Shown here: one piece after another, positions 8,586 to 18,626 of the stretch
Numbering within the stretch: position 1 is the first letter of the stretch
Layout of the letters: each line of letters opens with the position of its first letter
NCBI GenBank assembly: GCA_023251915.1
Contig: JAHEXW010000004.1
Coordinates: 26,733 to 90,732, forward strand
DNA: 64,000 nt
Source: Actinomycetes bacterium
Lineage (GTDB): Bacteria; Actinomycetota; JAHEXW01
Direction: 5' to 3'
Notes under the pieces: model-generated
Databases searched by the model: none
The model's input: the letters and a program-made list of their open reading frames with translations, nothing else
Told to the model about the DNA's origin: nothing
Position numbers and translations under genes: made by a program

Positions 8586-9738
8586 GGCTCGCCTTGCCGG
8601 GTCGTTGCTTCTCTTGGTTTTCGGGATGGGATGGGTCGTCATCGGCAAGAACGTTTTAGCTGGCGAAGTTACATTTGTTCGTCCGCTTAACGGGACGACC
8701 GTGTTGCGCTTTGGGCAAACATATACCGATACAACCTCGGGAAAGAAGCGGACTCATCGAGGAGTTGATATATCGGCGGGAGCACAAACGCGGATTACGG
8801 CGGCCGCGGCCGGCCGTGTCTCGTTCGCCGGTCATACACCGCTAGGGAATTGCGTCAGCGTGAAACATGTCAACGGGGTAAAGACAACGTATTTGCCGCT
8901 AGACAAGGTCGCTGTTAGTGCCGGTGATCAAGTTGGGCAAGGCCAGACGATCGGTTATGTCGCAGCCGCGGGCGACCCATCCTGTGCTTCGAGCCATGTC
9001 CACATCGGTGCCATCTTCGCCGCGAAATACATCGACCCGGAAACGCTATGGCGCGGGGAATTCCGAACGGATTTCAGTCGTTTAATAAGGCGCGCCGATA
9101 TTCCGCCCGCCGGCGTTGCCATCGCCTCGACCGGTAACAGTATCTCGACAGCCGGTCCACTGGCGACCGTTGCGCATAACGGCGTCTTCTCGTTTTTTAC
9201 GTGGCTGGCCGGTCTCTGGCGGGGGGCGCAAGGCTTTGTGGCACGCGGCTGGTCTGCCGGTACGGCGTTTCTGCGACGTTTGCTTGATATCGGCGCCAGC
9301 ACTTTTCACTGGTCTAAATCGCTTTGGAAATCAACGCTTTCATTATTTGGACGGCGCGCCTGCGTAGTCGGAAAGAGCAAAGCATTTTGGCCAGCGGTTC
9401 GCGATATTTCGCGATCGGGTATCGGTTATGGGTTAGGCCCGGCCGCACCAGCCGGTTGCCTTTGCCGGCTGGATCCCAGCGGTGACGCTACGTTTCCCGG
9501 AGACAGGGTGACGATTCTCTTAGACTTTGGGACCCGTGCCAGGGGGCTGGACGTCTTCAACAACGACGGCGTCAGGATACGGGTTGTCGAGCGCTGGGAA
9601 GGTAGCGCGCGCGAAATCTCGTGGACAGGCGAAGATGATTCCGGCCGGATCGTACCGAACGGTCTTTATACGATTATCGTGCGCCAAACCAACGGACCCG
9701 GCGCGGGCTGCTTAGTTGAGGTCAAATGGCACTCTTAG
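8569..9738 (+). CDS. M23 (LytM) family metallopeptidase with C-terminal FlgD-Ig-like domain
   Basis: HRGVDI ... GNCVSVKH ... SHVHIG matches the LytM H-x-x-x-D / H-x-H layout. The C-terminal TILLDFGTRARGLDVFNNDGVRIRVV...LYTIIV is FlgD-Ig-like. Confidence 0.75.
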   Translation: MSRIIRARLAGSLLLLVFGMGWVVIGKNVLAGEVTFVRPLNGTTVLRFGQTYTDTTSGKKRTHRGVDISAGAQTRITAAAAGRVSFAGHTPLGNCVSVKHVNGVKTTYLPLDKVAVSAGDQVGQGQTIGYVAAAGDPSCASSHVHIGAIFAAKYIDPETLWRGEFRTDFSRLIRRADIPPAGVAIASTGNSISTAGPLATVAHNGVFSFFTWLAGLWRGAQGFVARGWSAGTAFLRRLLDIGASTFHWSKSLWKSTLSLFGRRACVVGKSKAFWPAVRDISRSGIGYGLGPAAPAGCLCRLDPSGDATFPGDRVTILLDFGTRARGLDVFNNDGVRIRVVERWEGSAREISWTGEDDSGRIVPNGLYTIIVRQTNGPGAGCLVEVKWHS

Positions 9739-11024
9739 CAAGGAAGAGTATAGGGAGAATAGGGATTATTAGGAGTATAAGGAAACATGTCATTGCGAGG
9801 GAGCGTCGCGATCGCGGCAAGCTCATCGGGGTAAAGTGCCTCCCGGTATTCATAATCTCTATACTCCTAATACTCCCGCACCAGGCCCTTGCGTGGGGTT
9901 CCGTGACTCATGCCGCAATCTGCCGGGAGGCCGGCGGCAGCGAAGACTTTGTGTTGGGCGGTATCGCACCGGACATGATTGCACTACATTCTGTGACCAC
10001 GGGTGACTCCTCTTTTGACTACACGCATAACTATTTCGGTGAAGCGCGCGAGCCTGTGTTTGGCAAAATAATGGCGCAAGTGTCAGGTCAAGACTTTTCG
10101 CACGGTTGGGTCGCGCACCAGTTAGCCGATAGTGTGGTTCATGGACCGGACGGTTACTCGAATACAAAAACAGTCTTCGAGAACATCCCGGAAAAGTACA
10201 AACCGACACTTAGTCATGGCGCGGTTGAGCTGATTGTCGACGCGATCGTCCTAGACGAGCTCTATCATCGCAGCGTTGACCTGTGGGTGCCGGATAACGC
10301 AGAGCTTATCCATAGGTCCACCGTCCGTTTCTATAACAGCTACTTGTCCACGGACCTAAAGGTTCCGCGTGCCCACATTATTAACTGCCACACGGCTGCT
10401 GATTTGGCGTATCGCTGGGACTTGTGCTTGAACACCAACAAATACCTGGCTGAACTCATGCTGGAAGAGCCTTGGTTCGCGACCGTGCGTCGGCGCTTCG
10501 AGGACTTCAGACCTCTGTTCGCGCGCTCAGTGGCTCTTGTCGGCAGCCGTGCGTCGGTGACACGTCCTCCCCGCAAAGCCCCGGCCTCCGGCTGGGACAG
10601 GTGGGCCGAACTCTTACCGACCGCAGTCGCCCGTGCCGCGGAGGGCGAAGAGGGCGGAGAGGTTGGTGGAACCGGAGAGCCGGCCGGTTACTATCGATTC
10701 CTAGCGCAACTCGGTGAACGAGCGAAAAGAAACGGACACGGCCATATGACCAAGGAAAGCGTCCGGCAAGCTGCCGTCGAACTTGCCAACAGCAAAGAGA
10801 CGTCAGAGGAGGAAAAGGTTTGGTCGGCGGCAATGGCCGGTCTGACCGATAAACGCACGACTGATCTGCGCCAGGTCAGCCGCCTAATCAGGGAGGCGGG
10901 GAGGCGCTCGTCCGGGAACGGCGCCGCAGGCGGCCTAAAGGATGACGTTCTCCCCTATCTTCCTTGCGGCGCGGCTCTCGGTGTTGTGTTGGCCGCGCTT
11001 GTCTGGATGTTCAAGAAACGATGA
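9726..11024 (+). CDS. secreted zinc-dependent phospholipase C / P1-nuclease superfamily protein with sorting-signal-like C-terminus
   Basis: Signal peptide ending ALA; the predicted mature N-terminus WGSVTHAAI carries the N-terminal Trp that serves as a zinc ligand in this superfamily. His/Asp-rich helices follow. The C-terminal LPYLPCG is followed by 16 hydrophobic residues and KKR. The only in-frame start is 9726, so the N-terminal region is encoded through the palindromic repeat. Confidence 0.6.
   Translation: MALLARKSIGRIGIIRSIRKHVIARERRDRGKLIGVKCLPVFIISILLILPHQALAWGSVTHAAICREAGGSEDFVLGGIAPDMIALHSVTTGDSSFDYTHNYFGEAREPVFGKIMAQVSGQDFSHGWVAHQLADSVVHGPDGYSNTKTVFENIPEKYKPTLSHGAVELIVDAIVLDELYHRSVDLWVPDNAELIHRSTVRFYNSYLSTDLKVPRAHIINCHTAADLAYRWDLCLNTNKYLAELMLEEPWFATVRRRFEDFRPLFARSVALVGSRASVTRPPRKAPASGWDRWAELLPTAVARAAEGEEGGEVGGTGEPAGYYRFLAQLGERAKRNGHGHMTKESVRQAAVELANSKETSEEEKVWSAAMAGLTDKRTTDLRQVSRLIREAGRRSSGNGAAGGLKDDVLPYLPCGAALGVVLAALVWMFKKR
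9773..9871 (+). repeat. palindromic element (arms ATTATTAGGAGTATA / TATACTCCTAATACT) enclosing a GTCATTGCGAGG plus GC-hairpin unit
   Basis: Perfect 11-13 bp inverted arms at 9773-9787 and 9857-9871. The core GTCATTGCGAGG is at 9788-9799, followed by GAGCgtcgcgatcgcggcaaGCTC. Confidence 0.6.
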
Positions 11025-11038
11025 AAGGGGGTGATTAT

Positions 11039-11242
11039 ATGGATAACGCGTCCGAGTTGGGTCGGGTAAAACGAGATGACCAGGTTGACGTCGTCATTCG
11101 TAAGGGTGAGTTCATGGGCAAGGCTTACGTTGATATTCGCGAGTACCTAAAGGCTGACTCCTTCGAGGGGTTTACAAAACGGGGCATACGGATTCCGGCA
11201 GATTTGTACGCCGAGCTCGTTGCTCAAATGAACAAGTCATAA
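11039..11242 (+). CDS. PC4/Sub1-like ssDNA-binding small protein (YdbC-like)
   Basis: 67 aa, start at the ATG after AAAGGGGGTGA. KAYVDIREYLKADSFEGFTKRGIRIPADLYAELV resembles the PC4 motif ...DIREY...PTKKGISL.... Confidence 0.5.
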   Translation: MDNASELGRVKRDDQVDVVIRKGEFMGKAYVDIREYLKADSFEGFTKRGIRIPADLYAELVAQMNKS

Positions 11243-11346
11243 ACGCTATGATACAATTATGGCTGGACGCAGGGCTTTTGCCAGAGGACAATATTTGCGC
11301 TTCCTCTGGCAAAACTATTTTCACCGCGCCAGCGAAAGGGGTAAGC

Positions 11347-12630
11347 ATGGCAGACGAGTTCAAGGCTCCCATCGAGCCGGAGCAACAAACGGAGCAGGCA
11401 CCAACCGGCCTGCCGGAACAGCCCGTTCAAGATGAGTTCTCAATAGCCGATTCGCCGCCGACCGCGGCTGACACGGCTGGTAATGAAGAAATCCCTCTGG
11501 TCGACAAGGCGGCGTCCAAAGAAAAGCCGCCTAAGCAACCGAAACCGCCGAAACAACCAAAGCCACCGAAAGAGCCAAAACCACCCCGGCCGCCTAAAAC
11601 GCCGAAAACGGCCAAGGAAAAGGCAAAACAAAAAGCTCTCATGAAGAAGATAAGCATGATTGCCGCCATTGTCTTATTGTTGGCCGCGGCCGGCTTTGGC
11701 GCCTGGTATTATCTCATTCGCAGCGTTCCGGTCAACGTGACCGCTACGTTGGTTCTGCGGGGAACAGTGCGTGACGTTGTGAACGCGACTGGCAAGGTCG
11801 AAGCCAACCAGATGGTCCCCATATACGCGGTCCAAGACGATAGAGTCAGTGAAGTATTAGTAAAAGAAGGCGACTCGGTTATCTCCGGCCAGAACTTGGT
11901 AAAGCTGGATGGCGGGGGATTTGTCACGACGTCGATCGCCGGCAAGGTAACGAATATCGCTGTCCAGGCCGGTGACAAAGTGGTCGGCACTATTCAACCG
12001 CTGACGGCGGTCCCGACAACGCCTTCGACCACGACGCCGTCGACTACCAACCCGACCGCGACGACTCCCGCTACCACGGCGCCAACAACAACGACGCCAC
12101 AAATAACCAAGACGCCCACGTTGTTGATGACGGTCGCTAACATGGATCCGACTTACGTGGTTGCCAACGTTGACGAAACGGACATTTCTAAGATCAAAAT
12201 CGGGCAAAAGACCGAAATGACTCTGGATGCCTATCCGAACAAAATAATCCGAGGTGACGTAACCGAGATCGGCCTGGTGGCTACGGCGACCCAGACGGGA
12301 GGCACCGCTTTTCCAGTCAAGATCCGGGTTACCGAGGCTAAGGACATCGACCTGCGCATCGGCATGAGCGCCGACACTGATATTGTCATCAGAACGCGCG
12401 ACGACGCTCTCCGGGTTCCGGTTACAGCCGTCACCACGGACGGAGGCAAAGATGCCGTATATGTCGTCAAGAATAATTCCGCGGAGAAAACGACCATCAA
12501 GATCGGCTTGTTGAGCGGCGACTATTATGAGGTCTTGGCCGGCATCAACGAGGGTGAAGAGGTCGTCGTCAAAGGTATCGACAAGCTAAAGGGCGTGAGC
12601 AAGGCCGACGTGAAGGTCACGCGGCGGTAA
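11347..12630 (+). CDS. HlyD/MacA-family periplasmic adaptor with Pro/Lys-rich N-terminal region
   Basis: AAAGGGG RBS. N-terminal PKQPKPPK repeats, one TM helix, then a biotin-lipoyl/beta-barrel adaptor layout. It precedes MacB-like ATPase and permease genes. Confidence 0.65.
   Translation: MADEFKAPIEPEQQTEQAPTGLPEQPVQDEFSIADSPPTAADTAGNEEIPLVDKAASKEKPPKQPKPPKQPKPPKEPKPPRPPKTPKTAKEKAKQKALMKKISMIAAIVLLLAAAGFGAWYYLIRSVPVNVTATLVLRGTVRDVVNATGKVEANQMVPIYAVQDDRVSEVLVKEGDSVISGQNLVKLDGGGFVTTSIAGKVTNIAVQAGDKVVGTIQPLTAVPTTPSTTTPSTTNPTATTPATTAPTTTTPQITKTPTLLMTVANMDPTYVVANVDETDISKIKIGQKTEMTLDAYPNKIIRGDVTEIGLVATATQTGGTAFPVKIRVTEAKDIDLRIGMSADTDIVIRTRDDALRVPVTAVTTDGGKDAVYVVKNNSAEKTTIKIGLLSGDYYEVLAGINEGEEVVVKGIDKLKGVSKADVKVTRR
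11527..11598 (+). repeat. tandem 18-bp (6-codon PPKQPK) repeats, about 4 copies
   Basis: ccgcctaagcaaccgaaa / ccgccgaaacaaccaaag / ccaccgaaagagccaaaa / ccaccccggccgcctaaa. Confidence 0.5.
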
Positions 12631-12631
12631 G

Positions 12632-13312
12632 ATGCTCGTTGTCGATGACCTGAGAAAAACCTACAAGCTGGAAGGTGTCGAAGTCGAGGCGCTGCGGGGT
12701 GTTACATTTCGTGTTCACCCCGGTGAGTTTGTGGCCATCATGGGGCCATCGGGCAGCGGCAAGTCGACCCTGATGAACCTGATCGGCTGTCTGGACCGCC
12801 CGACCTCCGGCACAATCGTTCTGGATGGCCAATTCACGTCCGACTTAACCGATAACCAGCTGGCTGGTGTACGCAACCAGAAGATAGGCTTTGTTTTCCA
12901 GAACTTCAACCTCTTAACGCGCGCCAGCGCGGTAAAAAACGTTGAACTCCCGTTGGTTTACGCCGGCATCGGACCGGGCGAGCGGCGTCACCGGGCGGAG
13001 AAAGCCTTAGAGGAAGTCGGTTTGGCCGACAGGATGTGGCACCGCCCTAATCAGCTGTCTGGCGGACAACAACAGCGAGTCGCCATCGCGCGGGCCCTGA
13101 GCGTTGACCCCGCGATTGTTCTAGCTGACGAGCCGACCGGCGCTTTGGATAGCAAGAGCGGCGACGAGATCATGGTCATCCTGAGCGAGCTAAACAAGCA
13201 AGGGAAGACGGTCATTCTAGTCACGCACGAGGAATATATCGCCAACTACACCAACAGGATAATCAGGATGAAGGACGGTCTGATCTTGTCTGATTCGGCG
13301 GTGGCGAAATGA
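12632..13312 (+). CDS. ABC transporter ATP-binding protein, MacB/LolD/FtsE family
   Basis: Walker [10 protein letters not shown], signature [15 protein letters not shown], Walker [12 protein letters not shown]. Confidence 0.85.
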   Translation: MLVVDDLRKTYKLEGVEVEALRGVTFRVHPGEFVAIMGPSGSGKSTLMNLIGCLDRPTSGTIVLDGQFTSDLTDNQLAGVRNQKIGFVFQNFNLLTRASAVKNVELPLVYAGIGPGERRHRAEKALEEVGLADRMWHRPNQLSGGQQQRVAIARALSVDPAIVLADEPTGALDSKSGDEIMVILSELNKQGKTVILVTHEEYIANYTNRIIRMKDGLILSDSAVAK

Positions 13313-14502
13313 GCCTGTTGGAAAGCTTCCGTCTGGCATTCGACGCTTTACGCGCCAACAAGCTGCGGGCCGGTCTAACAATGTTGGGCGTCATCATCGG
13401 TGTTATGGCAGTGATTCTCTTGGTCAGCATGGGCCAGGGCGTTACGGCGGAGATAACAGGCCAGGTCTCGGGCCTGGGTTCGAACCTGTTGTTCGTCATG
13501 CCCGGCCATTTCGATGTCAAAGATACATCAGGAACAGGTGGTATGCCGACCTACAAACTGCGTCCGGCCGATGTCGACATCATTAAACGGCGTTCCAGTC
13601 TGGCGGCTGGGGTCATCGGGATTATCGAAGCTCCGGTATCGATTGGCTTTAAGAATAGAACGACTAAAACGGTAGCCGTATGCACCAACGAAAGTTACCC
13701 CGATGTGATGACAAGGCCGATTGCTACCGGCCGTTTCCTGACTCAATCTCAAATCGCCGGAGCCCGTCATGTGACCGTGCTTGGCAAGACCGTGGTAGAT
13801 AATTTGTTCGGCAGTATCGATCCCATCGGCAAACAGATATCTATCGCCGGCCAGAAATACATCGTCGTCGGCACGATGTCCGAAAAAGGCATGATGATGG
13901 GCCAGGATTTTGACAACGGTGTTTATGTGCCGATCACTGTGGCCAATAACCTCGTCGGCCACGAACGGTTGAGTGAGATAGTCGTTAAGGCTAAGAGTGC
14001 CGACATGATTCCGGAAACCAAAAAAGAGATCGAGAACATCTTGCTCAAGAAGTATTCCAAGGACGATTTCACGGTCTTTAGCCAAGGCGAGACTTTGTCC
14101 ATAATGAATAATATTTTAGGTATCATGACCCTTATGTTGGCAGGCATAGCGAGCATATCCCTGCTGGTCGGCGGTATCGGCATCATGAACATAATGCTTG
14201 TGTCCGTGACCGAGCGCACCCGGGAGATAGGCATTCGCAAGGCAGTCGGCGCAAAAACGACGGATATTATGGTCCAGTTCATCATCGAAGCTGTTATGTT
14301 AAGTGCGCTCGGCGGCACCCTCGGCATTCTTTTAGGCGTCGGTGCGGCTTTGATAATTAATAACTGGCTGCCGGCTCAGATAAGCACCTGGTCGATTGTG
14401 TTAGCGTTTTGTTTCTCAGCTGGCGTCGGCGTCTTCTTCGGCGTTTATCCTGCCTGGAAAGCGGCCCGTCTTGACCCGATAGAGGCCTTGCGGTACGAGT
14501 GA
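13309..14502 (+). CDS. ABC transporter permease, MacB/FtsX family (periplasmic domain plus 4 TM)
   Basis: 397 aa. N-terminal TM, large extracytoplasmic domain, C-terminal FtsX-like TM bundle. ATGA overlap with the ATPase gene. Confidence 0.8.
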   Translation: MSLLESFRLAFDALRANKLRAGLTMLGVIIGVMAVILLVSMGQGVTAEITGQVSGLGSNLLFVMPGHFDVKDTSGTGGMPTYKLRPADVDIIKRRSSLAAGVIGIIEAPVSIGFKNRTTKTVAVCTNESYPDVMTRPIATGRFLTQSQIAGARHVTVLGKTVVDNLFGSIDPIGKQISIAGQKYIVVGTMSEKGMMMGQDFDNGVYVPITVANNLVGHERLSEIVVKAKSADMIPETKKEIENILLKKYSKDDFTVFSQGETLSIMNNILGIMTLMLAGIASISLLVGGIGIMNIMLVSVTERTREIGIRKAVGAKTTDIMVQFIIEAVMLSALGGTLGILLGVGAALIINNWLPAQISTWSIVLAFCFSAGVGVFFGVYPAWKAARLDPIEALRYE

Positions 14503-15176
14503 TGGAACCGGAGAGAATTCTCAAGCGCGACAAGAAATCAAAAAGGTCGTATACGGTTGGCGAAGAGATTGCCAACGCGATAACGCATGGCGTCGGTGTC
14601 GTCTTTTCGATTGTCGCGATGACGCTTTTGATCGTCACCGCTGTTTTGCACGGCGGAGACGGTTGGCGGTTGGCGGCGGCCGTCATTTACGGGTCGTCAC
14701 TGGTCATTGAGTACACGTTTTCGACCCTCTATCATAGTTTTCCCTGGTCAAAGATAAAGCACGTCTTTAAGATTCTGGATCACGCGGGTATCTATTTTCT
14801 TATCGCTGGCAGCTACACACCATTTATGCTGGTTACGCTGCGCGGCACGTCTATCGGCTTTTGGGTGTCCATTGGAATCTGGGCGTTTGCCGTCGCCGGC
14901 ATCTCAACCGAGGCCTTCTGGGTCTACCGGCCGAAATGGCTGGCGGCCGTTGTTTACGTAATCATGGGCTGGATCGCAGTCCTGGCAATCAAACCATTAA
15001 TTGCGCTAGCTCCGCCGCAAGCCGTTTGGTTGTTGATCGCGGGCGGTTTGTGTTACACGGTTGGCGCCGTAACCTATATTCCACGCCGCGTCCCCTATCT
15101 CCACGCCATCTGGCACCTCTTTGTCTTGGCCGGCAGCGTCCTGCACTTCCTTGCCGTCGTACTTTACGTTTTGTAA
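14499..15176 (+). CDS. hemolysin III / PAQR family membrane protein
   Basis: 7 TM; conserved HxxxH/LDHAGIYFLIAGSYTPF motif. Confidence 0.8.
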   Translation: MMEPERILKRDKKSKRSYTVGEEIANAITHGVGVVFSIVAMTLLIVTAVLHGGDGWRLAAAVIYGSSLVIEYTFSTLYHSFPWSKIKHVFKILDHAGIYFLIAGSYTPFMLVTLRGTSIGFWVSIGIWAFAVAGISTEAFWVYRPKWLAAVVYVIMGWIAVLAIKPLIALAPPQAVWLLIAGGLCYTVGAVTYIPRRVPYLHAIWHLFVLAGSVLHFLAVVLYVL

Positions 15177-15227
15177 AGGCTACGTAATAATTTAGTAACG
15201 TGACCGCATCGCGACGGGGGGTACAAC

Positions 15228-16163
15228 GTGTCTCTGCTGGAAGTAATCAATCTCACCAAGACATTCGATGCCAACACAGCCGTTGATGACGTAAGTTTCA
15301 CGGTTGAGGCGGGAGAGATATTTGGCCTGCTCGGCCCGAACGGCGCCGGTAAGTCGACTTTGATCGGGATGGTGTCGACCCTTCTCAAACCGACAAGGGG
15401 CGATATAGTCATCGACGGCCATAGTGTCGTCAAAGAGCCGATGGCAGTAAAGCGTTTGATTGGCGTTGTGCCGCAGGAGATTGCCCTATATCCAACCCTA
15501 ACCGCCCGAGAGAATCTTGATTTTTGGGGAAAAATGTACGGTTTGTCGCCTTCGGAGATTAAAGAGCGAGCTACCGACGTTTTGGAGATTGTCGGGCTGA
15601 CTGACCGTGCCGCTGAGAGAATCGACACCTACTCCGGCGGCATGAAACGCCGGATAAATATTGCCGCCGGTCTGCTGCATAGCCCCAAGGTGCTGTTTAT
15701 GGACGAACCGACCGTGGGCATCGATCCGCAAAGCCGGAACCACATTCTGGAAACGGTCAAACATCTCAACGAAGCCGGCCTGACCGTGATTTACACGAGC
15801 CACTACATGGAGGAAGTAGAATTCCTCTGCGATCGAATTGCGATTGTCGACAAAGGCAAGGTCATTGCCAGCGGTACCCAGAATGAACTGAGACTATTGG
15901 TTGGCAACAAAGACGTCATTCGAATCAAGGCGTTTGATATTCCGGAAGATGTCGCGGCTGATTTGGCGACGATCAAGGATGTTGATGGGGTGACCATAAA
16001 GGAGGGCGAGTTAGATATCCTCAGCCCGCGCGGGCGCGAGGTGCTGGCGTCCGTTATTAAGGCCTTAAATGACCGCCAGATAAAAATCGCGTCGGTTGAA
16101 GTCCAAGAGCCCGACCTGGAGAGTGTGTTTCTCCATTTAACGGGCCGAAGTCTTAGGGACTAG
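15228..16163 (+). CDS. ABC-2 type exporter ATP-binding protein
   Basis: GTG start. GPNGAGKST, YSGGMKRRINIAAGL, LFMDEPTVGID. Confidence 0.85.
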   Translation: MSLLEVINLTKTFDANTAVDDVSFTVEAGEIFGLLGPNGAGKSTLIGMVSTLLKPTRGDIVIDGHSVVKEPMAVKRLIGVVPQEIALYPTLTARENLDFWGKMYGLSPSEIKERATDVLEIVGLTDRAAERIDTYSGGMKRRINIAAGLLHSPKVLFMDEPTVGIDPQSRNHILETVKHLNEAGLTVIYTSHYMEEVEFLCDRIAIVDKGKVIASGTQNELRLLVGNKDVIRIKAFDIPEDVAADLATIKDVDGVTIKEGELDILSPRGREVLASVIKALNDRQIKIASVEVQEPDLESVFLHLTGRSLRD

Positions 16164-16169
16164 AAAGAT

Positions 16170-17378
16170 ATGCGACCTCTGGCAATCGCTCTTAGAGATA
16201 CTAAGATTATCGTACGTGATCGGCGGGCCCTCCTTATCCTGTTGGCAATGCCTCTAACAATCATCGCGATACTCGGCTTGGCACTGGGCAGTCTGTGGAG
16301 CGGAGAAGGTGCAATCAACAAGTTCGACGTCGCCGTCATAGACCACGACCACGGCAGTGCGTCAAAGGTATTCATCAACGACATTCTAAAGTCGCGGGAT
16401 ATGAAAAAAATCCTTTCCGTTACCGGTCCGACCGAAAAGCACGCGCGGGCATCCGTGGCCGACGGTGATCTGGCTGCCGCCATCATTATCCCGGCTGGTT
16501 TCTCCGCCGCGATCAATAAAGGCGAATCGGCGAAAATTGAGGTCATCGGCGATCCGGGACAACAGGTACGGGCGGGAGTCGTTCGGAGCGTCACCGAGTC
16601 TTTCGCGACTCACGCCAGCTCCGTCTTGATCAGCGTCAAAACATCAGTCGAAAGCCTTGTTGGGCAGGGTGCCGTCCCGCCGTCGCAGATTGTTGGTTTG
16701 TCTCAGACTCTGGCTGCTCAAGCCCAAACCGAATTGCATAAACCCCAGATCACGGTGGTGAAGAAGTCGACTGCTTCGGAAAAATCGGTGTCAGCCCTCC
16801 AGTATTACTCCGCGGGTATGGGAGTGATGTTCATCTTATTCGGTTCAATGTTTGGCGCGTTCTCCCTCTTGGATGAACGGCGTCAGATCACTCTGGCCAG
16901 AATGATGGCGGCGCCCGTCTCTCGTCTGGCCATCCTAAGCGGCAAGCTCGGCGGGGTATTCGTGATCGGCTCTCTGCAATTCGCTGTGATTGTCGCGTCA
17001 ACGCGCATACTATTCGGGGTTAACTGGGGCCCGTCGGTCGTGGGCGTGGTCGCGTTGGCGGCGGCAACGGTATTCGCGGCGACCGGAATGGCCATATTCA
17101 TCGCGTCGATTGCGAAAACGCAGGGGACGGCCGCGGGCCTATCACAGGGTTTGATTCAAGGGATGGCGGCTTTGGGCGGCTCGATGATACCGCTGTCGGT
17201 GATGCCTCCGGCGATGCAGAATTTCAGCAAGCTCACCATCAACTACTGGGCCATATCGGGTTTCAATGATCTTATGCTCGGCAAAGGCGCCGGCGCAATC
17301 ACAATTAATTGTCTGATTCTCATAGGCATCGCCATATTATTTATGGCTCTTGGCGTGGCGAGGTTCAGATATGAATAA
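16170..17378 (+). CDS. ABC-2 family permease
   Basis: N-terminal TM, extracytoplasmic loop, 5 C-terminal TM; the ABC-2 layout. Confidence 0.75.
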   Translation: MRPLAIALRDTKIIVRDRRALLILLAMPLTIIAILGLALGSLWSGEGAINKFDVAVIDHDHGSASKVFINDILKSRDMKKILSVTGPTEKHARASVADGDLAAAIIIPAGFSAAINKGESAKIEVIGDPGQQVRAGVVRSVTESFATHASSVLISVKTSVESLVGQGAVPPSQIVGLSQTLAAQAQTELHKPQITVVKKSTASEKSVSALQYYSAGMGVMFILFGSMFGAFSLLDERRQITLARMMAAPVSRLAILSGKLGGVFVIGSLQFAVIVASTRILFGVNWGPSVVGVVALAAATVFAATGMAIFIASIAKTQGTAAGLSQGLIQGMAALGGSMIPLSVMPPAMQNFSKLTINYWAISGFNDLMLGKGAGAITINCLILIGIAILFMALGVARFRYE

Positions 17379-18573
17379 GGTCTTTGCAATCGGCCGATTG
17401 ATGCTCCTAGAACAGGTTCGCAATCGCTCTTTCTGGTTACAGCTAATTTTTATCCCTCTCCTATTAACGCTGATCATGGGCATCGCGTTCGGAGGGACGA
17501 GCAGCGGCCCGAAACAAGTCAACCTGGCCGCCGCCGACAGCGACAAGACTGTTCTCTCTAGGATATTTTTAGCCCAGCTAAAGAAAGACAAGGTGTTCTC
17601 GGTCGCCACCGTGTCGGAGGCTGAGGCGCGCAGCCGGGTCAAGAAGGGAACGGTCGCAGGCGCGGTGATAATACCGGCAGGATATAGCGAGAGCGTTGTT
17701 TCCGGCGCCAAAGCCAGCGTGGAAGTCCTTAATACAGCCGGTGATAGCAGCGCCGTTCTTTTGTCTCAGGTAGTGACTGGGTTAACTGAGAGATACTCCG
17801 CCGACGCCTTCGCGGCGGCTAAGATAACAGCCGGACTGGCCGCGCATCGGTTTGGGATGACAACGGTCACCGAATGGGAAGAATCGTTTGAGGCGGCGGA
17901 TGCCAAGTGGAACCCACCCCCGGTCACAGTCGACGCCCATACCGTTACCCGGTCATTGGTCCGCGGCCGGAAAACACTTGCCGGCGGTTTTAATCAATCG
18001 TCTATGGGTTTTACGATTACTTTCATTATGTTCATGTTGGTCGGCGGTGCCGTCACGATTCTGGAAGACAGGCAAAAGGGAACATTGGGACGGCTGCTGA
18101 CGACGCCGACGGGTAAACCTACGTTTGTCGTTGGCAAGATGTTGGGAATGTTCGCGACCGCCGCCGTCCAGTCGACGATATTGATTGCGGCCGGGCGCTT
18201 CATCTTTAACGTCGATTGGGGCCGCGATCCACTGCCGTTGATTCTGCTGATGATTGCCTTTATCTTTAGCATCGCCTCGATGGGTATATTGATCGCTTCT
18301 CTGGCGCGGACAGCGTCACAGGCCAACGCCGCAACGCCTATTCTGTTGATTAGTATGGCCATGATTGGCGGCTGCTATTGGCCAATCGAAGTAACGCCGC
18401 CGTTCATGCAAACGGCGGCAAAATTCATACCGGCCGGATGGATGATGCGAGGACTAACTGACCTGATAACCAGAGGCTACGGCTGGGACGCGATCTGGCT
18501 TCCCGGGCTGGTCTTATTGGGCTTTGGCGTCGTCTTCCTGACCGCCGGGGTCGTTTTCTTGAAATATGAATAA
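17371..18573 (+). CDS. ABC-2 family permease (paralogue of the previous gene)
   Basis: Start at the ATG 9 nt after GAGG. Same architecture as the preceding permease. Confidence 0.7.
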   Translation: MNKVFAIGRLMLLEQVRNRSFWLQLIFIPLLLTLIMGIAFGGTSSGPKQVNLAAADSDKTVLSRIFLAQLKKDKVFSVATVSEAEARSRVKKGTVAGAVIIPAGYSESVVSGAKASVEVLNTAGDSSAVLLSQVVTGLTERYSADAFAAAKITAGLAAHRFGMTTVTEWEESFEAADAKWNPPPVTVDAHTVTRSLVRGRKTLAGGFNQSSMGFTITFIMFMLVGGAVTILEDRQKGTLGRLLTTPTGKPTFVVGKMLGMFATAAVQSTILIAAGRFIFNVDWGRDPLPLILLMIAFIFSIASMGILIASLARTASQANAATPILLISMAMIGGCYWPIEVTPPFMQTAAKFIPAGWMMRGLTDLITRGYGWDAIWLPGLVLLGFGVVFLTAGVVFLKYE

Positions 18574-18626
18574 GGTCCGAATCACTTCTTAACAAAGCCT
18601 GCTCGGAAGCGTGTCATAATCTTGTT

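Noticed and set aside
9726-9900. Moving the PLC-like gene start downstream of the palindromic repeat
   Set aside because: No ATG, GTG or TTG exists in frame between 9726 and the mature WGSVTH N-terminus, and a signal peptide is required. Retained the 9726 start.
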